Shown here piece by piece: positions 12,215-26,419 of a stretch of DNA of 64,000 nucleotides. Position numbers and translations under genes: made by a program. Origin of the DNA: Torpedo marmorata. Its lineage: Eukaryota. The notes under the pieces were generated by a model. It was not told the origin of the DNA, did no database searches, and saw only the letters and a list, made by a program, of their open reading frames with translations. Each line of letters starts with the position of its first letter. The first letter of the stretch is position 1. The DNA is taken from positions 62,310,001-62,374,000 of the forward strand of contig OZ360226.1 in the NCBI GenBank assembly GCA_977017645.1. The letters are read 5' to 3'.

Positions 12215-12628
12215 GGAATACACAAAAGTGCTGGAGAAACTCAACAGGTCACGTAGCATCCATAAAGGATAACGAACATTTCAGGACTGAGGCCTACATC
12301 AAGGTATGAGCAAAATGCAGGAAGGCACCTGAATAAAAAAGTCAGGGGAAGGGGAGAAGAGGAATGGAGAGAGGAAGGGGCAATGGGGAGGAGCACAGGC
12401 TAACTGGTAAGAGGCTGTAGGTGGATATAGGTGGGAGAGCAGAAGAGAGAAAAAGCTGAGAAGTGGTAGAAGGAGGGGGTGGTTCTCTGAGAGAAGGGAA
12501 TGAGGTGGGGAGCTGGAAGAAAGGAGACAGAGGGAAGAGAGAGACTCAGGCAAGGGGTTTAATGGAAACTGAAGAAGTTGATCTTAATACCTTCTGGTTG
12601 GAGAGTGTCCAGATGGAATATTAGGTTC
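12215..12628 (-). mobile_element. Degenerate PLE 3' end
   Basis: Similar to the GIY-YIG ORF end and pyrimidine-rich 3'UTR of 54660-55068. Confidence 0.75.
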
Positions 12629-13389
12629 AACATTCAATCTATTCAGGGAGTTACTGAATGAATTTATGAAGCTTCACACCCACCAATGGAGCTTTACTTC
12701 CAACCTTTGGAGTTCTGCACCAGGAGTACCGATCTCTGAGATGTTCCCTTGTGTTGTCCTCATTATGCAGGAAGTGACTTATTATTCCCAATCAATAAAA
12801 TAGTACTTATTATATTCACACTAACTGTATAATTTTACAGATTTTTGCTTGGAAAATTATTAGAAATTTCAATCAGGCAACTGAAGATGTTACGGTGCTG
12901 ATAATGTTTTCATTCCTCAGTTATTTGTTAACTTACATTTTTCAACACATGTCTCTAAATGAGCAGAATTGTAAATATACTGATTACAGTGTAAGCATTG
13001 TGCTTGCTTATCAATTTAAATTTCTGGCTTTGATTACGGAGTGTTTGATTTGTAAAGTAAACCATGCTATTAAGGTTTTCTTTAAATGACTTCCTTTACT
13101 ATGTGGAAGTCATGTTTACAACATTTTTATCTGACTCCACAAGAGAGAAGGCCAAGAATGGCATGTGGCATAACAGAGCAAATTCCCACCTCTTCAAGTT
13201 GGCACCTTAGTGTTCATGTAATTTTCCACAGATACATATTTAACATTAAGTAACCAGAGTAGTTAAACAATTTGGAAGTCACACTTAGCAACGAATCCCT
13301 TGGCTGTTAGCAGATGCACACAGAATCTCATTACTAAGGTGTTAATATTTCAGGGAGGTGTTAACAGTTGATTGAAGTTGATTGGGGAT

Positions 13390-13570
13390 CAGTCATTGTT
13401 GCTGTCTCACAGATCCAGTGACCAGGGTTCAATCCTTTCTTCACGTGCTGTCTGTATGTGTTTTCTCATTTTCTTCATGATGGTATGAATTTCCCCTAGG
13501 TTCTTCACTTTTCTGCTGCATCCCAAAGATGAGATGGTAGGTTAAATGAATGCTGAAAATTATCCCTTTG
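13390..13570 (+). mobile_element. Degenerate tRNA/V-domain SINE
   Basis: B-box-like GGTTCAATCC followed by a V-domain-like core resembling 27211-27465. Confidence 0.55.
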
Positions 13571-15000
13571 TGTATGATCATGGTGATAAAAAAATCAAAG
13601 GGGCGTTTATGGGCATTTGGAAAGGAATAAATTACAGATGAACAGGGAAATAAGGTGAGTGAAAATAAGAATGGCTAGGGAATGGCCGATACAACCATCT
13701 TTCATATCATTATCAAATAGTTTATTGTTTAAACTGTGAATCAGGCTTATACTTTAGCGCTATGGGGTTAAAAGCACTGCAGTACACTTGCTCTGTCATT
13801 ATAAAGAGGCAAGACAGATGTAACACACTGTAAAGTTGAAATCAATCCACTGTCGAAGTCCAGTGAATAGAAACCGGCCTGCTCTGTTAAAAGCAGTCTT
13901 TTAAAAGTGGAAATTGTCCAATAACTTCAGCGTATTCACAGTAATTTGATTCTAATAGCTATGGTGAAATATATCAGTTTGGCCTTGAATTTAACTCTAT
14001 CTCCGGCTTGGAGGAAAGAATCAGGAGGGATTAGAATATCAATATTGACCACTGCTGCAAACCTTCCACATTTCTGTTCCCTGCTATTTCAAAAATACAG
14101 AATACAAGGTTCAATGGGACTGCAGCTGGACGGAGGCAGCAGGTTCACGGATACACATGAATCATAATGCAATTGGGAAACCAGCAACTGCAGCAAAGGT
14201 TTCACACAGGTCACCAAGGTCATCTGCTGTTGACTCACTTGTGTGCTGACGAGAAAGAGACTGCAATGTAAATCAAGGTGCACCACTCACAGGGGATTGT
14301 TCCCTTCACTCTGGGCTGTGATTCTATTTGTTATTCACATTTGTTTTTGGTTCCATTCAAAAGAGTCTTTAAAAATAAGAAAGCTGATAATAGAAGAGGC
14401 TCCATTCAGGTTCCATATTAATTAGCAGGGATCGAGGCTGCAACAGCAAAGACAGTTTCAAGAAGGACCTGCAGGAAAGCCATTAACAGAAGGGACATCA
14501 TCACAGAAATTGTTACCCCTCAGATGATGGGAGCGGCTCAGCTTCTGTAAAAATGCCAGTTTCAGGAGGCTTCCGTTGTCGAGGTAGATGGTTGTGAAGC
14601 ACTTGTGGCCACATGAGCAAATGATGCATTGAGCAGTCACAGCATGACAATGGTAGAGAAAGTCACTGTCACCTTCACCCTCAACCTTTTCAGTTTGGGA
14701 TCCTATCAGCCTGTCACCTGAGCACATCTGGGTTGTTCTGGAGTCTGGTGGAGGAGGTAGTCCCACAAGCACATCAGGCAAGTGACCACAAGTTAGTTAA
14801 CATTGATTTTCAATAAATCTCCTTTTCCAACTGATGATAGGTAATCAGACAGAAAAAGCACTGGGGTTTGCAGCTCTGAATTAGTTTGCACCAGTATAGA
14901 ATGTCAGAGAATACCAAAACATTTGCATCAGAGACACCTCAACCAACCATGAGCTTTTATTATTTGCAACGGCTTTCCAATCCATTAATTTAAAATTTAA

Positions 15001-16916
15001 AGTGGGGAGGGGGCTAGTGCGCAGGCGTGTGGTGACATCGGCAGGGAGGGAGTTTTAAAAACAGGAAGGAAGCCTTACCTCAGTCGAGGTCCAGTTGGCA
15101 AGGAGCGAAGAGGCAGGAACGTGCTGAACGTACGTGAGTAGAGTGGTCATTTTAGTTGTTAATTAAGAGTTAATGATTTAAGTGGGGATTGCTGTTCAGT
15201 GCAGAGACAGTAATTGAATAGGGAGTGCAGGTGTGAGTAATAAAGGAAACTGGTTAGGATTGGACAGTGGTAGTGGATACATTGAGTAGTGTATTAAAGT
15301 AAAGGTAAGGTTTTTGGGAGCAGCAGCGAGTGAGCGGGACAGCGAAGGAGTGGAACACTCTTCAGGTTTGACTCAACAGGCTTCGACGAGCACAGGCTGA
15401 GGACGAGTCACTGCACATTAAGGTAAGATAGTCTTTTATTACGACTTCATTGGGGTAAAGGATGAGTGTTAGGGCTGTGTGTTGTTGGGAGTGCCAGATG
15501 TGGGAGGTCCTGGAGTCTTCCAGACTCCCTGATGTCCATATCTGCACTAGGTGTGTAGAGCTGCAGATTCTTAGGGACCGTGTTAGGGAACTGGAGCTGC
15601 AGCTCGATGACCTCAGACTGGTTAGGGAAACTGAGGAAGTCATAGACAGGAGTTACAGCCAGGTGGTCACGCCAGGGCCACGGGAGGAGGAAAGGTGGGT
15701 AACAGTTAGGAGAGGGACAGAAAAGCGTAAGGTGCCAGAGAGGAGCCCTGTGACTGTAACCCTCAACAATAAGTACGCCTCTTTGAGTACTGTTGGGGAG
15801 GACAGCATAGTTGGGGGGAGCAGCAGTGGCTATGCCTCTGGCACGGGATCAGACCCTGTGGCTCAGAAGGGTAGGGAAAGGAAGAGGAGGGCAATAGTCG
15901 TAGGGGACTCCATAGTTAAGAGGACAGATAGGGGATTCTGTGGACGCAGCAAGGAGAACCGGATGGTGGTTTGCCTCCCTGGTGCCAGGGTCCAGGATGT
16001 TGCTGCTCGTGTCCTGGATATCCTAAAGGGGGAGGGACAGGAGCCAGAGGTCATGGTACATGTAGGTACCAATGACATAGGGAGGAATAGAGAAGAGGTC
16101 CTAAAAATGAAGTTAATGCTGATAAGTGTGAGATGCTTCATTTTGGTAAGAAGAATCAGAACAGGACATACGTAGTAAATGGGAGAGCATTGATGAATAC
16201 AGAAGAGCAGAAAGATTTAGGAGTAACGGTGCATCGTTCCCTGAAGGTAGAAACTCATGTGAATAGGGTGGTGAAGAAGGCTTTTAGTATGCTGGCCTTT
16301 ATCAATCATTGCATAGAATATAGGATTTGGGAAGTGATGTTGAGATTATATAAGGCGTTGGTGCGGCCTAATTTAGAGTTCTGTGTGCAGTTCTGGTCGC
16401 CAAATTATAGGAAGGATATCAACAGAGTGGAGAGAATGCAGAGAAGATTTACCAGAATATTACCTGGGTTTAAGCATCTAGAGTACAAGGAGAGATTGAG
16501 CAGATTAGGTCTTTATTCTTTGGAGCGTAGAAGGTTGAGAGGGGATTTGATAGAGGTATTTAAGATTATGAAAGGGATAGACAGAGTGGATGTGGATAGA
16601 CTATTTCCATTAAGAGTAGGAGAGATTGAAACAAGAGGACATGAGCTAAGTTAAGGGGCAGAGGTTTAGAGGTAACATGAGGGGGAACTTCTTTACTCAG
16701 AGAGTGGTAGCTGTGTGGAATGAGCTTCCGGGAGAAGTAGTGGTGGCAGAGTCAATTTTAGTATTTAAGAAAAAGTTGGACAGGTATATGGATGAGAAGG
16801 AAGTGGAGGGTTATGGACAGGGTGCAGGTAGGTGGGACTAGAGAGGAGTGTTTGGTTTGGTGCGGACTAGAAGGGCCCAATGGCCTGTTTCCATGCTGTA
16901 ATTGTTATGTGGTTAT
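15001..16916 (+). mobile_element. CR1 LINE with 5'UTR and ORF1 joined directly to the ORF2 3' end (internal deletion or chimera)
   Basis: ORF1 switches at about 16105 to ORF2 C-terminal sequence (DKCEMLHFG...LVRPNLE...RRRLRGDLI). CR1 3'UTR and tail follow. Confidence 0.9.
15462..16105 (+). pseudogene. CR1 ORF1: zinc finger, coiled coil and SGNH esterase (truncated)
   Basis: CxxC...CxxC, heptad ILRDRVRELELQLDDL, and GDS, PGA and HVGTND esterase blocks. Confidence 0.88.
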
Positions 16917-16929
16917 AACATAAATATGT

Positions 16930-17760
16930 GCAATCACAAAATTCACACAAGTATGTACTAAATGGTCAGGAAACTCCCATGATGCCTTCATATTACATCA
17001 GTCCAACAGCACTGCTTACAACCCCAATCCAATCCATGTTTCAAATAGCCCCAGGCTTACAAAATAGATGCTTGGAGACAAGGAAGAACCACTTTTACCA
17101 TGGCTGACAACCCCATTTGAAACTTCACTGCTTCACTGTTAAACAGGTAAAACAGTGAACAAAATAGGAAGTCATAAAGCAAATAACCAGATTCCTTTGG
17201 CAGGTCGGAAAACTCCCTGCAGTACTATCCTGAATAACTGCACTGCCCTGACATGGAGGGGAAGTGCAGGAGGAAGTAAAACTAGAACATTTATACTGTG
17301 ATTTGAAAGTGGACAGTGAGTAGACATGGCAACCTGCGATCCAACGGACAGATGTTGGGAAGAAGGAATGAACGCAGTACAACAATTTGCTGATAACCAT
17401 AGTATGTGTAGTTTCTTCTGAAATGTTGAGACCATCTGTAACCTCATCACTTAAAAGCCCAACCCTCTAAAATCCAAGAACTGAGGTTAACATAAAAGTT
17501 TAGAGAAGTAGTCTGCAAAATCCTCCAAACCCACTCTTAGCAAATCAACATCAGCGCCCTCTCCCAACCAATATTAAAAGCACTGAGGGCCCAATTACAC
17601 TGAGTTGGCACTGTTGGACAGACTACCTTATTTATAGCCTGACACTATTCCTAGCTCTGTCACTGCGACAAATTACTAGGTGAACACTTCAGGATATTCT
17701 CAAACTCTTCTTGAAAAGGTGCATCCACCCCACTGACTCACTGGCACTCAAAATGGATTT
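16930..17760 (-). mobile_element. Ancient, highly decayed CR1/L2-like RT fossil (probably continues at about 14430-14950)
   Basis: Weak minus-strand remnants of the SGVxQGSVLGP and ISKL regions. Confidence 0.4.
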
Positions 17761-17789
17761 AAAGCATTTTGGCTGACAGAGCTTGAATC

Positions 17790-18293
17790 CATTCATTGGG
17801 AGTTCCATTCATTGGAAAGCCCTGCAAAAGGTAGTGGACACAGCGCAGGACATCACAGTCAAAACCCTCCCCACCATCGAGAACATCTACGAGGAACGCT
17901 GCCGGCGGAGAACAGCAGCAATCATTAAGGATTCACACCATCCAGCACATGCTCTTTTCTCGCTGCTACCATCAAGAAAGAGGTATAGGTGCCACAAGAC
18001 TCGCACCACCAGGTTCAGGAACAGCTGCTACCCCTCCACCATCAGACTCCTCAACAATAAACTCAATCAGGGACTCATTTAAGGACTCTTACTTTTGCAC
18101 TTTATTGTTTTTGTTTTTTCCTCTCTGAATTGCACAGTCAGTTGTTTACATTTCTTTATTTGCTTACATGTGTACAGTTTTTTTTTTTGCACTACCAATA
18201 AGTGGTAATTCTGCCTGGCCCGCAGAAAAAAGAATCTCAGGGTTGTTTGTGATGTCATCCATGAACTCTGACAATAAATCTGAAATCTGAAAT
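17790..18293 (+). mobile_element. Rex1/Babar LINE 3' end
   Basis: Reads LQKVV...IIKDSHHPAHALFSLLPSRKRYR...TTRFRNS...IRLLN; tail TGACAATAAA(TCTGAAA)n. Confidence 0.85.
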
Positions 18294-21200
18294 AGTTTCC
18301 TTGGTGTTGGGAGATGGTAGGCTCAGGAGTTATTTCCTGTAAAGTCTAACATCCAACAGCAGCAAAATGAAAACAAAGAAGGTGTCTCAGATCTAGCAGT
18401 TTTGCAGAACTGCCTTTGCAAATCAGAATATTTACACAAGAAAATCTCCAGGGGATTTATTTGAGTAAGAAAAGTATGATGCAGAACTTCCTCCAATATA
18501 AATGCTGAGTTTAAATACATGAAATAAAATTGAATTTTCCTAAAATACAATGACTTCACAATTGTTTATGCTTTAGCCAACAAAGATTCAAAATATATCA
18601 TTAAAGAATGATACAGCATTGGAGCCATTTGACCTATTTTAGCAACAATGACATGGGAAAAGGTAATTCAGTTCATCAGGTCTTTACCAACTCCCAAAAG
18701 AGCAATCTAATGTGTCCTATTTCCCCTCTCTCCTTATTTCCGTCTATCCTTGCACCTTATTCTCTTTCTCACATGCCCATCTACTCCACTTCAATTCTTT
18801 TGCCACTTTACCTACATTAAAAAAATGTTTCCCATTAGAGGTAGGAACAGAATTAGGCCTATTTAGCCCATTGAGTCTCATCTGCCAATCAAATCATGGC
18901 TATTGTATTATCCCTTGCAACCTAATTCTCTTGCTTTTTCATAGCTTTTGACCCCCTCACTTGACCTGGATATTCTTTCTGAAGTATATTATTATCATCT
19001 TCACCATTTATAAAATTTCTGAATTTCGTGACATTTGCACGATTTGTATACAGAGAAATCTGTATGCCCAAGTTCAGGTCAACATATATATAAATAATAA
19101 TGAAAATGATAGTGAGTTTATTACATACACATAAGTACAATGTACATGCACCAAATTTCTTGCTTTCTGCAGCCAAACGGATACTTTGTATTAAAAAAAG
19201 CTCTAAAACACACACATTCAATTACCTTTCAGAAATAGATAATAAATATAAACGATAGATAGATAATAGTGACCATAATGCATACCCCTAGCAATCACCA
19301 TTGTACACTTCTCTTCAGTGTGATAGATAATTATTCACCACTACCCTCTGCTTCCATCTCTTAGTTAATTTCTTATTGATGCTACCAGCGATTTAATCCC
19401 TTGGACTTCAGGTTAGCCAAATTTTATGTCGTGCCTAATCAAAGTCCAATGACACAACATAATTCATCCCACCTTCATCAGCATTCAGTGCGACCTCCTC
19501 AAAATATATCCAATATCCTTAAAAGATAAATGGGTTTGGGTTTTATTTATCCATCTGATTTGCCATCCTGGAGAACTGTGTGATTGGAGAAGATTATGGG
19601 GCTGAAATCACATCATTCCTTATTTATTGTTCATTATAATGAATTTCCAAAATGCATGTTACAGTTGTACAAAGTTAAATGTCTGGACCAAATAAACACG
19701 CATGCATACTTTTAGTTAGTATTCAGGTGTTAATTTAGAATATCTTCCTCATGTACAATCAGTTACAGATAATGCCACTATTAGAATTCCTTTGCAAAAT
19801 TAGCATTACAAGCATTTCACTTATAATACTAAAGAGCACAGTTCCTAATTTAGCTTGTCTTTGGAAAGACATTTTCCCTGGAAATGATGCACCTTCACCT
19901 CATTGGAATTTGATCTGACCTGTAAATTCACTGTTTTCACAAAACAGAATCACATTGTTAAACTTCGTTGCACAGGAATCGACATCTAATTAACAGGCCA
20001 CATCTAATATGAGCTGTTTCAATAATGAAGCTTCATATTGATTTACATTGTTTATTCTTTGAATTTTATCTTGATCAAAATGGGGAACTTAAGCCTTACT
20101 TTTAGATGAGACAATTTATATGAAAGACTGTATGTATTTCACAGTAGCAGTATTGTGTAAGCAAAATCTATCAGAAATTCCCTGAGCAAGATTGCTTTTT
20201 CAAGGTAGGTGGTGGATCAGACCAGGCATAACTCATTTCAGGAAAGATTCGTGTATGCATTGGGAGATTGTAATAAATAACTTTCAGCTAAGGTGATGCA
20301 ATTGAAAAATAACACAGGATTTATGTTGACTAATGTTCCAGTGCTCAGACAACAACAACTAAGTTTACTTAAAAAAATATGCTTTTGGTTACTTATTATT
20401 TATGACAATAAATTGAAACGTGCTTTGCAGCTAATAACATATATTGGAAGTATAGCCACTGATGACTTCGTGTTTGCAAAAAAGAGCATACCCATGAGAT
20501 GCAATAAAATCTCAAGGTTATTTTGTAATTAGTAGTGACAGTGTAACAGACAAGTGACACTCATGGGAAAACTATGCTTGGTATAATGTAATAAATATTG
20601 CTCCAGCGAAGTTTTATCATTATATGAATAAAATAGTAATTAAATGTCATATTTTAAAGAGTTTTGCATTTTAATGCCAATTATAAATTCTTTTGTTTGT
20701 TTTTTCCTTTCAATTTCACTACAAATCAGAGTATTCCAATGAAGCATTTTATACAATGGAGTAATAAATGGATAATGAAAGGATATTTGCAAAAATACTT
20801 GAGGATTAATTTACATCAAGCATTTTTCTAGTTTTGCTATATAGATACAAGTGCTGTGTTCAAACCAAAGCAACAAGCTGGTGCAGGTAAAAGTCAATAG
20901 TTTTCTAACAATAAAAACACAAAATTGAAGCAATTGAAAATAAAATTCCTGTACAAAATTATCAGATGGAAAAGAGTAGTGATTATTTGTTACTGCTAAC
21001 TTGATAGACGTTGGTATATTGTTACCACTCAAGATAGAGGAAGATCCAGATAGTGGGGGTACTTTGGTACATAATCAGGATGCAACCTTGATCTAATAAT
21101 CAATGCAACTAATCTGAGAGAAATAACTAAATATCTTTATCAAAGGTAGTGATAATGAAATGATGGAAAGACATGCACAATTTCACAGAGATAGTCAAAA

Positions 21201-21779
21201 CTAATAAAGATAACTCATCTAAGTTTGATAACGTTTGTGATTTTTGAAAAAGATGAAAGTCTAGGAAATGTTTCATTGTATCAAAGTAGCTCTTCTTGTA
21301 ATAGATATGACTGCATATTTGTTATCGCTTTGATGGCCAAATACTATTTTAGGATATTTCTTGTCACATCCAATGAATTTTCTAAATTAGAAAAGTAGAA
21401 GATCCCAATGAAAAGGACTGATTACCTTCACAGAAGCACCTCTCTCAGTGACAGATTTGAGTTTTGGACAAGGCAACAGAATGTAAGGATCAAAGCAGAG
21501 CAAATTTTAATTGAATTCCAACTTGTTTTATTCCGACAGTTTCAAAATGTGAGGAGGCTGTATCACAATCAGTTTCCCACTGATTCCTGAGCCCATTGTC
21601 AATTTATAAAACATTCATCATTGCATGAATACCACCACAAATCAAATCAAAGTTGTACAGTTTTGTGTATTTACAGCACAGAGATCACAACATGAGTGGG
21701 TATAAAGTGATTAGATGCTACAGAAGAGAATTTCACTTCTGTATCCCTTGCACCTTAAGAAAGTAGGTTTACAAAGTGA

Positions 21780-21972
21780 AGACACAAGAGAATGCAGATG
21801 CTGGAATCTGGAGTAAAAATAATAAACTGCTGGAGGAAATCTGTGGGTTAAGCAGAATCTATGGAAGCAATAAGATAAAGGAGTCCTAATGCAGGGTCAC
21901 GTCCCGGAATGTTGACAAACCCTTTGCCTCCACAGATGCTGCTTTACCCATTGTGTTCCTCCAGCATTTTTT
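21780..21972. mobile_element. Old fold-back element made of inverted PLE tails
   Basis: TGCTGGAGGAA... is mirrored by ...TTCCTCCAGCA; degenerate hammerhead-like core at about 21884-21916. Confidence 0.65.
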
Positions 21973-22544
21973 CTGGTACAGTAGCAAAAGACAAGTTAAT
22001 GGACTTAAATCCAGGAGCCTGAACTAATGATATGGAGCTGTGAAGAGCTTAGGAATTTAAAATCCGTTCATTAAATAAAACTAGAATAAAAAGACTGGTA
22101 TTAAAAATGGTAACCATAGAATTATTGTAAAAACATAGAATGCTTTGGTAATACCTTTAAGGGAAGGAAGCAGAAACATAGAGTCATAGAGGGTACAGCA
22201 CAAAAGCAGGCTCACCAAGTCTGCCCCTAACATTGTATCCATTTGTTTGGCATCCTGGATACTAATTTGGCTAGCATTCTCTATGAAATGTGCATGTACA
22301 AAGTTTATGCACCTTTTAGTATGACTGCCATATTCGCTGTAATGACAGCAATGATCATGTATGGTGGGTGTGTACAAAGAAGACAGATAGGATGGTCAAT
22401 TAATGTGCTATGATGACAAAGCCAGCGCTGTTCAATCAGCAATGCAACTAACACCATGTTTTCGATATGCTCAGAGAACCCTGGGTCTACAGTGAGAGAG
22501 TCCGTATATCTGCACTATTTAAAAAGATCAGCAATCGCTTGTGG

Positions 22545-22675
22545 TCACACAGGAGACTGAAGATGCTGGTATGTGGAACAAAAAACAATCTGCTGGAGGA
22601 AGTCAACGGGTGGAGCAGCGTCAGTGGGAGGAGAAGAATTGTCAAATGTTTCGGGCTGGAACCCTTCATCAAGAT
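22545..22675 (-). mobile_element. PLE 3' tail fragment
   Basis: Minus strand reads TTGATGAAGGGTTCCAGCCCGAAACA...TTCCTCCAGCA. Confidence 0.7.
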
Positions 22676-22699
22676 CATTAATTCCTTTGAAGTTTGTTG

Positions 22700-24100
22700 G
22701 TGACAGATACGTCTTGTTTGGCAATTGAAGAGCAGCTTAAGTAGTCATCAGTAAATGGTGTGACTGAAGTTGTGATGGCATCATCATCTCTGAATAAGCC
22801 TTGAGCACAATGCACAAAATGACAAGAGGGTCTACATCAGGAACTGATCTTCCTGTTAGAAGAGCGGGAAGCATGGAAGGTCTTTCACTAGATAGCCTTA
22901 TCCAACAGGAGCGTGGAGGAAGCAGTTTGCTTCAGTGCATGCCAGTGAGGGGTAAGGTGCCAGAAAATACCACTTCTGAAAGAAGCTGCCCAACAATTTG
23001 TGCTCCATTTTACAGACAAAGCTCCAGCTATATAGTAGGCTGACCAGCATGCTGAGAGGGGTCATTGATTTCTCTGTTCCTGGACATATCCAGGTTGGTG
23101 CTGGCGTCATTAGCAATAGCTCCCAATTTACAACACCTCGCTGCTCTAGGGAGAGGAATTGACCTAAAAGGCCTGGATTCAGACTCCACTACTTCACCTT
23201 GAGCAGCATCATTCTGAGTGATAAGGCTCTGCTAGATTGCCAAGGGAGAAGACAACTGAATTATGCTCCAAGGTGCTAGTGCCACAGCTGTGGAGTTGTC
23301 AGTGGAAAAACAGGAGGAGACTGTCAGCTGGAGAGTCCGATACATCAACGATCCGGACAAATACTCCAATTGGAAAGTCCAATACATCAGCAATCCTGGC
23401 AAATACTTCAACTGGAGAGTGCTGTTACATTTTCCAAACTCCATTGAACGTAGGTAACAGGGCCATCATGACAGAAGTTAGAGGTTCCGCTGCAGACTCA
23501 GATATTTGGTAGTTTCTGATAATGTTGCAAAGGAAGATGAGACAGGAAAGGTTGTATCATGATAGAGTCAGCAAGAGTTTTTTTGGAGATAGCCATCATT
23601 TCCACCATAGCAAGTTTGGCCACTGGCCCAATGTAATGTTTGGCACTGCACTCCCTATGCTCCTTCATGTTCCACGCATGCTTTTAGGAAGACCTGCACA
23701 CCAATTTAATCGTGAATTTCCATCTATCCATGACCCATCATTTATCCAATCAATGAGATCATTGATTTCAATACTCTTTGCACCATAGACTCTGCAATGT
23801 TGTTGCATTCTGTCACACCCCTGCTCTGCTATCTCTTTCAGAAAGCTCACCAATCAACACCTTTTCAACCACAAGGTGTCTTCTTTTTAGAATGTGTGGG
23901 CTGCCTTCAATCAGCTCTAGCTAGCTTAAATTAATGCTTTCCACCCATGAGATTGGGCTCTGTGGGTGATGTGTTTGGGTAACAAACAGCAACGTTGACA
24001 CATTAATGAGATTGCTGCATAGATTTTGTGTGCTGTCTGCACGGGGTTGAATATGGTTAAGCCAATCACTCAGCACATTTTTCCCAGCACCATCCAGTTT
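22700..24100 (-). mobile_element. Ancient CR1/L2-like LINE RT fossil
   Basis: Decayed equivalents of YRPISL..CK (FRSIPLP..CCKL) and FADD (FTDD) in the expected order; contains a tandem duplication of about 39 bp at ~23328-23420. Confidence 0.45.
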
Positions 24101-24404
24101 AATTTCCAAAAGATCTGGTGAGTTTTTGTTGAAAGAAAATGAGAAACTGAAGATCTAGTTTGCCCTCTGAATAATAAACTCCAAATCTATACACACGGAA
24201 AACATAACATGCCTGTTTGCAAAGATCCCATCCTCCTGAGATTTCCGAGGTAATAAATCAAAATTTTAAGAAGTACAAACTATCAATTGAAAGCCTGAAT
24301 AACCTTTGTCATGCCTTTCCTTGCAATACCAGTCAGCTCAATGTGTAACCTTGAAAATTTTGATCACAGTAATTGTATCATCGCTACCCTGCACACTTAA
24401 ATAT

Positions 24405-24952
24405 CAGAAGTAAAACACGAAAATCTGTGGACACCGTGGTTGAAGTAAAAAAACACAAATGCTGGAGAAACTCAGCAGGTCAAACAGTGTCTTTTATGTA
24501 GCAAAGGTAGAAATACATAACCGACGTTTCGGGCTTGAGCCCTTCATCAAAGTATGAGAAAATGCCGGTAGGCGTCCGAACAAAAGAGTGAGGGGGGAAG
24601 GGGGGTGGCAAAGGCAGGAAATGATAGGTGGAGAAAGGAGGGAGGGGACAGCAGCAAAGAGGGGGAGGAGGGATGGCTAGGTAGCTGGAGAAAAACAGGA
24701 AGGACAGGTGAGGGGGGAGGGGAAGGGAACGACAAGCAGGTTTAGTGGAAAGCAGAAAAGTCAATGTTAATGCCATCTGGCTGGAGAGTGCCGAGACGGA
24801 AAATGAGATGTTGTTCCTCCAATTTGCGGGTAGTCTGGGTGGGATAGTACATAAGGCCATGGACAGACATGTGAGTGTGGGAGTGTGACCTGGAATTGAA
24901 ATGGTTGGCTACTGGGAGGTCGCTGTTGTTGCGGACGGAGAGGAGGTGCTCA
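24405..24952 (-). mobile_element. Young PLE 3' end (GIY-YIG C-terminus, 3'UTR, tail)
   Basis: Near-identical to 51368-51923. Confidence 0.93.
24516..24556 (-). ncRNA. Hammerhead-like motif in a PLE tail
   Basis: Reverse complement identical to 51773-51813. Confidence 0.72.
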
Positions 24953-25869
24953 CTCCTTTCAGTACATTTTCTCCTAAATATTCTCAGAATATCAACTATT
25001 CCTAAAATTGAACAGTTCAAATGTGGCTTTCAAGAAGTAGTAAATCACATACCACACATCCTTGGAACATGTAATAAACCTGGGTGAGGCATAAATGTAA
25101 GCATGTAAAATACTCTTGGAAAGGTTATTCAAAGGTGGAACCCATACAATATAGGAAAATACCACATTTTCAACTTTAGGAGGAAGAAGAGAAAATCAAT
25201 TTTTTATATAACGTGAGAGATTAATGTTGATATTGAGAGGGATTTAGGGGGCTGTTGTCCATTTCTCACAGAAACCTAACATGCAACCTATTAAAAGGAA
25301 AATTGTCTGTAAGTCATTTCTGCGGGGGTTTACAATATAACAGAAGTAAATTATACAATGAAATATTCTGATGAAAATTCATTAATGAAAATATTACATC
25401 CATTTCTCTTTCCACAGATGCTTCCAAATATTTACACATTTTTAACATTTTGGAATTGCCTTCTAACTCTTTGGAATTATGGAGAGTCTTGGTAAGACCA
25501 CACTTGCCGTTCAGTGTACAGTTCAACTTTCTTACCGAAGAAAGAATAAACAATCCATAGATTAATTCTAAGAATTAGGTTATCCAATAAGAACTAATGT
25601 AGTAGAATGCAGCTATATTTTGCAGAGTTTAGGAATAGTGATCTTATTGAAATAAGGCATATGTCTTTAAAAATCATGGAGAATGTAGGTGCAATAAACA
25701 GTTAAGATGGAAATGACCTGTTGGCTTTCTTAGAGGAGGTGCAACAAAGGTTCATATGAAACACTAACTTTTCAGCAAGTGATCCCTCCAAGCTGATTGA
25801 TTGAAAGGAATTGAGTAGGCAAAAGGCTGACAAGGAAAATCAGTCTTAATTTTAGTAAAATACAATCTT

Positions 25870-26285
25870 GGGTATAGAAAAGATTCACAAGGATGTTACT
25901 GGGATTGGAGGGTTTGAGTTACAATGAGAAGGCAGATAGTCAGGGATGTTTTTCCCTGGAGGGATATCCTTATAGAGTTATATAAAATCATGCAGGCCAT
26001 GGGAAAGCCTTTATCCCAAAACTTGGGGGTAGAGGTTTAAAGTGAGAGGGAAAGATTCAAAAGGGGCCTAAATGTCAACTTTTTCACACAGAGGGTGGCA
26101 GGTAGATGGAATGAGTGCCAAAGGAAGCTGTAGAGGTGGTACAATTGTGTCATTTAATAGATAGACAGATATTTGGATAGGAAATATTTAGAGGGAAATT
26201 CAGGCAAATGGACCAGACTGGATGGACAACCTGGTCAACAGGAACAAATTGGGCCAAAGAGCCTGGTTCCCTACTGTGTAGCTCT
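25870..26285 (+). mobile_element. Degenerate CR1 3' end
   Basis: Remnants of RFTRMLLGL and NFFTQRV, plus a CR1 3'UTR (GGGCCAAAGAGCCTG). Confidence 0.7.
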
Positions 26286-26419
26286 GACTTTAACCTCCAG
26301 GTGTTTATATTTAGATCTGGTACGTGCACAGCTTATTGCTCCACAAGTCAGGTACAGGTTTTTGTAGGTTTGCAGGTTTTTTGTAGTATTGGCTGCCTTT
26401 TATTTGCTTATCTTTTTTA

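Noticed and set aside
23328-23420. CRISPR-like or functional repeat array
   Set aside because: Only about 2.3 imperfect 39-bp units with no spacers, inside a decayed LINE in a eukaryotic genome.
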